Shown: one piece after another, positions 58,191 to 64,000 of the stretch | Numbering within the stretch: position 1 is the stretch's first letter | How the letters are laid out: the number at the start of each line of letters is the position of its first letter | Assembly (NCBI GenBank): GCA_900316125.1 | Contig: ONBO01000003.1 | Span: forward strand, 418-64,417 | Reading direction: 5' to 3' | Source of the DNA: an uncultured Bacteroidales bacterium | Lineage (GTDB): Bacteria > Bacteroidota > Bacteroidia > Bacteroidales > Paludibacteraceae | Length of the DNA: 64,000 nucleotides | Program-made: the position numbers and the translations under genes | The notes under the pieces: generated by a model | The model's input: the letters and a program-made list of their open reading frames with translations, nothing else | Databases searched by the model: none | Told to the model about the DNA's origin: nothing

Positions 58191-59735
58191 CTACACCGCC
58201 TTCCAGCTCTCTATGGTGCGGGATTCTGTGGAGAAGTTGACGCCAACCTTCAGGATGCGGCGTTTGTCAGCTGCGTATGGGTCTGCATAGTGCTTGTCTT
58301 CAATCTGCTTGAGCGCCTCGTCAGCAGACTTGTCAACCTTATACTCAATTATATAGACAGTGTTTGTAGTCTCAAGAATGGCGTCTGTACGACCTGCCGC
58401 AAACGGAACCTCTACCTTCATATTTTGCCCTAAAAGCGTAAGTATCAGATACATTATAGTCTGAAACGCAGGCTCCTTCTTATTCTCATAGTAATATGGT
58501 ATGGCGGCAATATATGCCTTTATATGTGTGAGTGCTGTATCTATATCATCAGCGTACAGTGCTTGAACCACACTTACAAGCATACTGTTACCCACTGCCA
58601 CAGGTATGTTTGACACAGTAGGCAGAAAGGCTTTCAAAAAGCCGTTCTTCACCTCTTTGTTTGGGAAACCTAAGGTATAGAGGTTTAGAATTGGATTATA
58701 TGATTTAATTGTAAGATAGCCACTCTGATAAAGGACAGGTAGCGCAGAACCAGCCACCTCCGGAGAGATGTTGAAATCATCCTCATTCACAACCTTGTTG
58801 TCAATATCCTGTAGCTCAGCTTTAAAGTGACGCATCTGCTCAAAAAGGAATGTAGGTGTGCCTGTGGAGTACCAATACTGGCCTATGCGCTTTGTAGCGA
58901 AAGCGTTTATCAGACTGAATGGATTAAACATATCTTCTGATTTGAACGAGAAATGATAACCATCATAATTCTCGGTCAGCTTATTTACAGCTTCATCATA
59001 ACTGCAACCCATGGAATCCGCCATAGACTGAATATCTGGTTTGCATTGCGAGAGAAGTTCACCTTTTGATATTCCGCAGATACCTGAATAATCAGACTCC
59101 ATGCTAATATCCATCAAATTGTTTATCTCACTAAATATGCTGAGTTGTGAGAACTTGGTTATGAAACCAAAGCGGAGCATTGCGTCACATATCTTGATTG
59201 GAGAATAGAAACTACGAAGCATCTCCCTTAGCTCATCAAAGACCTGCTTATTATGCACAACCTTTAATAATGCAGAATCATACTCGTCTATTAGCAGCAC
59301 CACTTTCTGACCTGTCTCAGCGTATGCTCGTTTTATGATGTTCTCAAGCCTCCTTCCTAATGATATAGAGTCATCCTCTTTGCCATATTGTTTTTCATAT
59401 ACGCCAAGCATGGAATCTATATTATTTCTCACTTCCACAGGATCCATTGACTTTATGGTACTCATGTCGAAACGGAGCACAGGATACTTAACCCACTCTT
59501 TTTCAAGAGCATCAAGAGCCAAACCTTTGAACAGTTCTTTCTTAGCTTCAAAATAGCATTGCAGCGTATCTACAAGCAGTGACTTTCCAAAACGGCGCGG
59601 ACGCCCCAGAAATACATAATTGAACTTATGTGTAATATTATACACAAACCTGGTTTTGTCTACATAAAACAAATCATTTAGCCTTATTTTGTCAAATGTG
59701 TATATTCCTACAGGGTACTCCTTAGTCTGATACAT
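58191..59735 (-). CDS. AAA-ATPase-like / PD-(D/E)XK nuclease family protein
   Basis: I place the start at ATG 59735 (MYQTKEYPVGIYTFDKIR...FYVDKT). It has a Walker A-like motif (GRPRRFGKS), a Walker B motif (VLLIDEYD) and a C-terminal PD-(D/E)XK-like motif (GRTDAILET...IIEYKVD). The -7 box TAATTTTG is at 59765-59772. Confidence 0.7.
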   Translation of the reverse strand: MYQTKEYPVGIYTFDKIRLNDLFYVDKTRFVYNITHKFNYVFLGRPRRFGKSLLVDTLQCYFEAKKELFKGLALDALEKEWVKYPVLRFDMSTIKSMDPVEVRNNIDSMLGVYEKQYGKEDDSISLGRRLENIIKRAYAETGQKVVLLIDEYDSALLKVVHNKQVFDELREMLRSFYSPIKICDAMLRFGFITKFSQLSIFSEINNLMDISMESDYSGICGISKGELLSQCKPDIQSMADSMGCSYDEAVNKLTENYDGYHFSFKSEDMFNPFSLINAFATKRIGQYWYSTGTPTFLFEQMRHFKAELQDIDNKVVNEDDFNISPEVAGSALPVLYQSGYLTIKSYNPILNLYTLGFPNKEVKNGFLKAFLPTVSNIPVAVGNSMLVSVVQALYADDIDTALTHIKAYIAAIPYYYENKKEPAFQTIMYLILTLLGQNMKVEVPFAAGRTDAILETTNTVYIIEYKVDKSADEALKQIEDKHYADPYAADKRRILKVGVNFSTESRTIESWKAV

Positions 59736-59796
59736 AATTGTGATTTTAAGTTTATTGTATTTTGCAAAATTACTAAATAACGAGCGCAAATGCAAA

Positions 59797-60702
59797 TCAG
59801 AATTTGAGTTGCATTACCATTCGGCATTTCTCGTCATCTGGTATGCTGTAGTCTATCCAGTGAATGTTGAAGCCACGTTTCTCCATGCCGCGCAGCCATG
59901 TCATCTGGCGCTTTGCAAACTGATGTATGGCTATCTCAAGGCCGCTGAACATTTCAGAGTATGAGAGTTCACCAATAACATACTGCGTTACAAACTTATA
60001 CTCCAAGCCGTAGTATTTAAGGCTATCCGGAGCCACTCCTCTGTCTATCAGTCCTCTGATTTCATCCACCATACCAGCGTCAAGCCTCGCTTTCAGACGC
60101 TCAGTTATGCGGCGGCGGCGCGCCTCACGGTCTATGTCAACACCAATGATAAGGCTGTCAATAGGCTCATAATCATTGGCTTTAGCTCCATTTTCTGCAT
60201 AGTAGGTTTCAATTTCTATGGCACGTATGGCACGCTTAGCGGTATCCACATCGGTGGAGTTATGGAGGGTCTTGAAACCTTTAAGAATCTCCGTGAGTTC
60301 TGCAAGGCTCTTGTCTTTAAGGCTCTCACGCAGAGCAGGGTTCTCTGGCACCTCAAGCAGGCGGTATCCCTTTAGTACAGACTCAATGTAAAGTCCTGAG
60401 CCTCCGCAGAGTATGGGCTGCACCCCACGGCTCACAATATCGGAGTAGGCATCGTGGAAATCATGCTGATACTCAAATATATTGTACCGTTCGCCTGCAT
60501 TACGTATGTCTATGAGGTGGTACGGTATGGGCTTGCCATCAACCACATAATCTGCGAGATCCTTGCCCGTGCCTATATCCATGCCACGATACACCTGACG
60601 GGAGTCTCCGCTGAGTATCTCCCCGCCTGTTAGATACGCCAAACGGCAAGCAAAGGATGTCTTCCCGCTTGCCGTAGGTCCTATAATGGTTATAAGCTTC
60701 AT
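59797..60702 (-). CDS. miaA: tRNA dimethylallyltransferase
   Basis: 301 aa. It has a P-loop (GPTASGKTS) and the motifs RQVYRGMDIGTGK and VPYHLID-like (IPYHLID). Confidence 0.92.
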   Translation of the reverse strand: MKLITIIGPTASGKTSFACRLAYLTGGEILSGDSRQVYRGMDIGTGKDLADYVVDGKPIPYHLIDIRNAGERYNIFEYQHDFHDAYSDIVSRGVQPILCGGSGLYIESVLKGYRLLEVPENPALRESLKDKSLAELTEILKGFKTLHNSTDVDTAKRAIRAIEIETYYAENGAKANDYEPIDSLIIGVDIDREARRRRITERLKARLDAGMVDEIRGLIDRGVAPDSLKYYGLEYKFVTQYVIGELSYSEMFSGLEIAIHQFAKRQMTWLRGMEKRGFNIHWIDYSIPDDEKCRMVMQLKF

Positions 60703-61742
60703 TTAGCGTTTTTTGGCATCTTCTTGGCAACTGTACGTATATGGGTCAGCACCTTGGCGGCACCCTCATCTGTAAGTTTCTTCTGATGAAAGTCATGTCC
60801 TAAAGAATCTGGAGTAAATGTAACCACCATGTTATCGTCAATGTGCGCCACGCCACGCTCGCTTAGTTCAAACAACTCAGGATTTGTAAGTTGCAGCACT
60901 GTGCAAACATCCCACATACGCTGACCTGTGGCGGTGAAGCACTTTTCATAAACCACTTTTATAGGGTTAAGATTATGTTCTTTGAGGTCTTCAAGCACAA
61001 GTTCCCCAGGATAATCAACTGCCTGCCCCACTTCCATTGGGGAGTAGTATATTGGAGTTGTCCAACCATTAATCAGTATGCGAGCATTCTCCTTATCTTG
61101 CCTGAAATTATAATCAGGCTCAGGATTTCCTGAATAAAACTCACCTGCCATGATATACAACGCCTTAACTTTTTGAGCCACTAACTCAGGGCCTGAGAGA
61201 GGAGAATATTCATCAGCCTCAGATCTAAGCAGATTGGCAAGATTTGTAGCAAAGCCCAACAGACAAATAACCACACTGCTATCCTTTGCCTCAGACAAAA
61301 TCTTGCGGTACAACTCTGTTGCATCTGGTAACTGAGAGAGTTCTTCAAGCGTGAGTGAGCGGCGCAGGCTGTCACCATCAGCTGTTCTATGGTCAAGCAT
61401 AACCCTGGAGTAGTCAATAAACACGTGCGGGTCTTTTACAGCACCTGACACAATACCCATAGGAGTGTCCGGACGTCCGTACCAGCAGTTCATCAAATCC
61501 ATTACGGCATAGTAGTTTATACCTTCTCTATCGGCCATAACAGCCTTTATATCCACGATGCCGTCATCGGCAGCCTTCTCAAGAATATCAAGCGCAAAAA
61601 GATCATCTGTAGATGAGCCCCAGTCTCCGTCTATAATCACAGGCACTGGCTCCTGAATCTCTGTTTCAGATGTTTTATTACAAGAAACAACAAATAAGGA
61701 TATGGCTCCTCCAAGCAAACAAAACAACAATGTTCTTTTCAT
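60699..61742 (-). CDS. Nucleoside hydrolase (IU-NH family) lipoprotein
   Basis: I place the start at ATG 61742 (MKRTLLFCLLGGAISLFVVSC is a lipobox), whereas the listed ORF starts at TTG 61751. It has the Asp cluster IIDGDWGSSTDDLFAL. It has an ATGA overlap with miaA. Confidence 0.75.
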   Translation of the reverse strand: MKRTLLFCLLGGAISLFVVSCNKTSETEIQEPVPVIIDGDWGSSTDDLFALDILEKAADDGIVDIKAVMADREGINYYAVMDLMNCWYGRPDTPMGIVSGAVKDPHVFIDYSRVMLDHRTADGDSLRRSLTLEELSQLPDATELYRKILSEAKDSSVVICLLGFATNLANLLRSEADEYSPLSGPELVAQKVKALYIMAGEFYSGNPEPDYNFRQDKENARILINGWTTPIYYSPMEVGQAVDYPGELVLEDLKEHNLNPIKVVYEKCFTATGQRMWDVCTVLQLTNPELFELSERGVAHIDDNMVVTFTPDSLGHDFHQKKLTDEGAAKVLTHIRTVAKKMPKNAK

Positions 61743-61762
61743 AACTTTCAACTGTCAACTAA

Positions 61763-63109
61763 CTACTCCACCACCTTTCTGTACTTACCTTCAATTATAA
61801 GCATACCAGGGTATATCTCGCCGCCGCCGGTCTTCTTAAAGAATGTGGCGTCAAGGTCTGCCGCATCAGACTGCTCCTCTGCCGCCATGAAGCGGTTATC
61901 CCAAATTTTGCCTTTTACAGGCTTCAGGGAGGCAACGTATTTATACTTGGTTTTGTTTGTGTTAGGATCAACTATACGCTGTATAACCTGGAACTTACTC
62001 TTCTCTGTTATACCCTCCTTCATGCCCACCTTGGCGGTGTAGCCCTCTATCTTGCCTGCGTCATTCATCTTGACCTCATAGATAGGGGTCTTGAGTTTGA
62101 AGTCCTCGTATGCAACCTGCAGAGCGGCTACGTTCTTATCCTGCGAGCGGGTGCAGTTGAGTTTCACAAGGTCACTGCGCTCATATTTGCCTTTAAATGT
62201 GGAATTTGAGTCAAACTCATACTCATGTGCCACATACTTAACCTTGAACAGCGATGTATCATTCATAAAGGCGCTCATTTTAGCCTCATCAGGCACCTCT
62301 GTGTAGTAGTTATTGTAGAATATGGCTGCCACAGAGTCATTCCACTGTAGCTGGTAGAGGTATGAGTGGTTCATAACCTTAAAGCCAGTGAAGCTGTCTG
62401 CAAAGTCACTTGCCGCCTGTGCAAGGTCTGAACCTGTCTTATCCCCTGTAAAGGCATCACCTATAGCACCCAGAATGCCAAGAGCAACCTTGGCAGCTGC
62501 GGCACGCTCCTCTGCGGTAACGTAGGTCATATCGTTTATAAGAATGAATGTCTGGCCAAGAAGCTCCTCTCCGGCATCAGAGAGTGTGGCAAGACCACGG
62601 GTGGTCAGTTTAGCATTCTGCACGTCAAGAGCAGTGGCGTCATACTGGCCGCGCTCCTTGATAAGCTCCATGTTGAATGTGGCGGTGGCAGGGTCTTCAG
62701 ATGAAATATTGAACCACTTGGCCACCATATAGAGGCCCACATTGCTCTTGTTAAGGAACTGCTCTATGGCACGTCCGTTCTTCTCTATATTGCTTGCTGT
62801 AAGTTTCTTAGTGAAAGAGGCCTTATAGAGCCCTGATTTATCCTTGCCTTGAACATTGTAGAACCACTCGTTTTCAAGTACTTTAAGCCCCATATCGTGG
62901 TCATCATACTTGTCTGGCACAGGAATCTTCTCGTATGCTTCACGAATATCCTTGCCAAACTCATCCTCTGGGTGATAAACCATCATTGTGGCAAGGGAAC
63001 TACGGCGGTATTTCTGAAGCGAGCCGTCTTTTGCATTATCCTGCGCCTGAGCCTGCATAGACAGGGATAATGCACTGAAAATAAATACAATAGTAATAAG
63101 TTTCTTCAT
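61763..63109 (-). CDS. Exported hypothetical protein
   Basis: I place the start at ATG 63109 (MKKLITIVFIFSALSLSMQAQA is a signal peptide). I recognise no motif. Confidence 0.55.
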   Translation of the reverse strand: MKKLITIVFIFSALSLSMQAQAQDNAKDGSLQKYRRSSLATMMVYHPEDEFGKDIREAYEKIPVPDKYDDHDMGLKVLENEWFYNVQGKDKSGLYKASFTKKLTASNIEKNGRAIEQFLNKSNVGLYMVAKWFNISSEDPATATFNMELIKERGQYDATALDVQNAKLTTRGLATLSDAGEELLGQTFILINDMTYVTAEERAAAAKVALGILGAIGDAFTGDKTGSDLAQAASDFADSFTGFKVMNHSYLYQLQWNDSVAAIFYNNYYTEVPDEAKMSAFMNDTSLFKVKYVAHEYEFDSNSTFKGKYERSDLVKLNCTRSQDKNVAALQVAYEDFKLKTPIYEVKMNDAGKIEGYTAKVGMKEGITEKSKFQVIQRIVDPNTNKTKYKYVASLKPVKGKIWDNRFMAAEEQSDAADLDATFFKKTGGGEIYPGMLIIEGKYRKVVE

Positions 63110-63204
63110 ACGCAAAATTTTCTGCTTATAAAAAAGAATGAGGGTTACTAAGGAGTGACGTAAAGCTCCCTTAGTCTCCCCCATTCATTGTTTTAAGTCT
63201 ATAG

Positions 63205-64000
63205 TTATCTCATCCAAGGCATAACAAGTGTGGTTGGTTTCTGTCCGTTACCGTAGGCAACACCAACAGCACGTGAGGCCTCAATACGCTGGCTCTCAAG
63301 ATCAACACCGTCCTGCCATTTCTTCATCTCAAACTTCCAGTCATCAAGCACCTTGGCCTTAACCTCATTGTAGAGACCTTGAGCCTCTCCGTAGCACTTA
63401 GCGTCAGGATAAATCTGAGAGAGGTACTCTCCAGCCTCAGCAGCGCCGCCGCTGTTCTGCTGTGCAGCCCATGCAGCCTTTGCCTTGGCAAGGTTGACAT
63501 CGCAGAGGTGGTCTATGTACTGCTGATAAACCTCCTTGGTCTTGGCAAGGGCGTCATCATAGCAGTCACAAACCTCTGGAACAGATGAAAGCTCATAAAG
63601 GGCGTTCTCATACTGTTTCTGGAATGAGAGGTTCTCTGCCTTCTTTATAATGTTAGGACAGTTTGCATTGTAGTAGTCAATGATCTTCTGCTTACCATCC
63701 TGCATAAACTGTGCAATCTCCTTAGAGTTTACGTTTATGGCCTTCACAGCGTTGATGAAGCACTTTGTCTCATTTGTACCTACAGCCTTGGTCTCAATGC
63801 TTGTAGAGGCAAACACCTTCTGGTCAAAGTAGTCACACAGGAAGAATGTAACCTGCATGTTCTGTGCTATCTGCATTGGAGGTCCAGGGAGAATGTCCTT
63901 GGTTATAGGTGTAAGCTCCAGCGATATGAAGAAACGGCTGAAATCCTCATTTGCTGCAACACCGTTATTGGCGGCTATCTGTTTCAACTTGGTGATAGCG
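63205..64000 (-). CDS. Hypothetical protein, C-terminal part (5' end outside window)
   Basis: The frame stays open from 63987 to the window edge (..AITKLKQIAANNG..). I recognise no motif. Confidence 0.5.
   Translation of the reverse strand, partial: AITKLKQIAANNGVAANEDFSRFFISLELTPITKDILPGPPMQIAQNMQVTFFLCDYFDQKVFASTSIETKAVGTNETKCFINAVKAINVNSKEIAQFMQDGKQKIIDYYNANCPNIIKKAENLSFQKQYENALYELSSVPEVCDCYDDALAKTKEVYQQYIDHLCDVNLAKAKAAWAAQQNSGGAAEAGEYLSQIYPDAKCYGEAQGLYNEVKAKVLDDWKFEMKKWQDGVDLESQRIEASRAVGVAYGNGQKPTTLVMPWMR

Noticed and set aside
61743-61762. The 13-nt string TCAACTGTCAACT upstream of the nucleoside hydrolase, which is the reverse complement of the heptamer array in the ABC-F leader. This raised the possibility of RNA-RNA pairing between the two mRNAs.
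   Set aside because: It is a single short match between AT-rich leaders with no supporting evidence. It is more likely a coincidental recurrence of a simple motif.

Overview
This 64-kb segment reads as a Bacteroidales (Bacteroidota) chromosome. The basis is TAnnTTTG-type -7 promoter boxes ahead of most transcription units, several proteins ending in T9SS C-terminal sorting domains, and the gene orders thrS-infC-rpmI-rplT and trpB-E-G-D-C-F-A. Left to right: the 3' end of a GH53-like galactanase; the thrS-infC-rpmI-rplT translation cluster, with infC apparently starting at ATA; nth; an AAA ATPase; a BspA-like LRR surface protein; a candidate ~225-nt rod-shaped sRNA bounded by its own promoter and terminator; a complete seven-gene trp operon; RNase E/G; a 29-aa bS22-like basic peptide gene absent from the ORF track; and HU. 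Next come two tandem giant paralogous surface proteins (1597 and ~3097 aa, with PCMD-like domains plus ~10 and ~28 cadherin-like modules), a TetR/TolC/MFP/RND/PII-like efflux operon, and an ABC-F ATPase with a heptamer-repeat leader. The most unusual region is a tightly coupled eight-gene minus-strand operon (40.4-58.2 kb) of very large exported proteins that I cannot assign to a known system. It includes a 1529-aa protein with a metzincin-like HExxH core. A sharp drop in GC begins just after that core and continues through two orphan genes into the next gene (about 43.76-49.27 kb), the pattern expected for a swapped effector/immunity cassette. One gene junction in this operon carries an antisense fragment of an MscS-type channel gene. 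The window ends with an AAA/PD-(D/E)XK ATPase, miaA, a nucleoside hydrolase and two exported hypothetical proteins. I saw no rRNA, tRNA, CRISPR array, transposase or integrase. All family assignments rest on reading motifs by eye, not on database searches.
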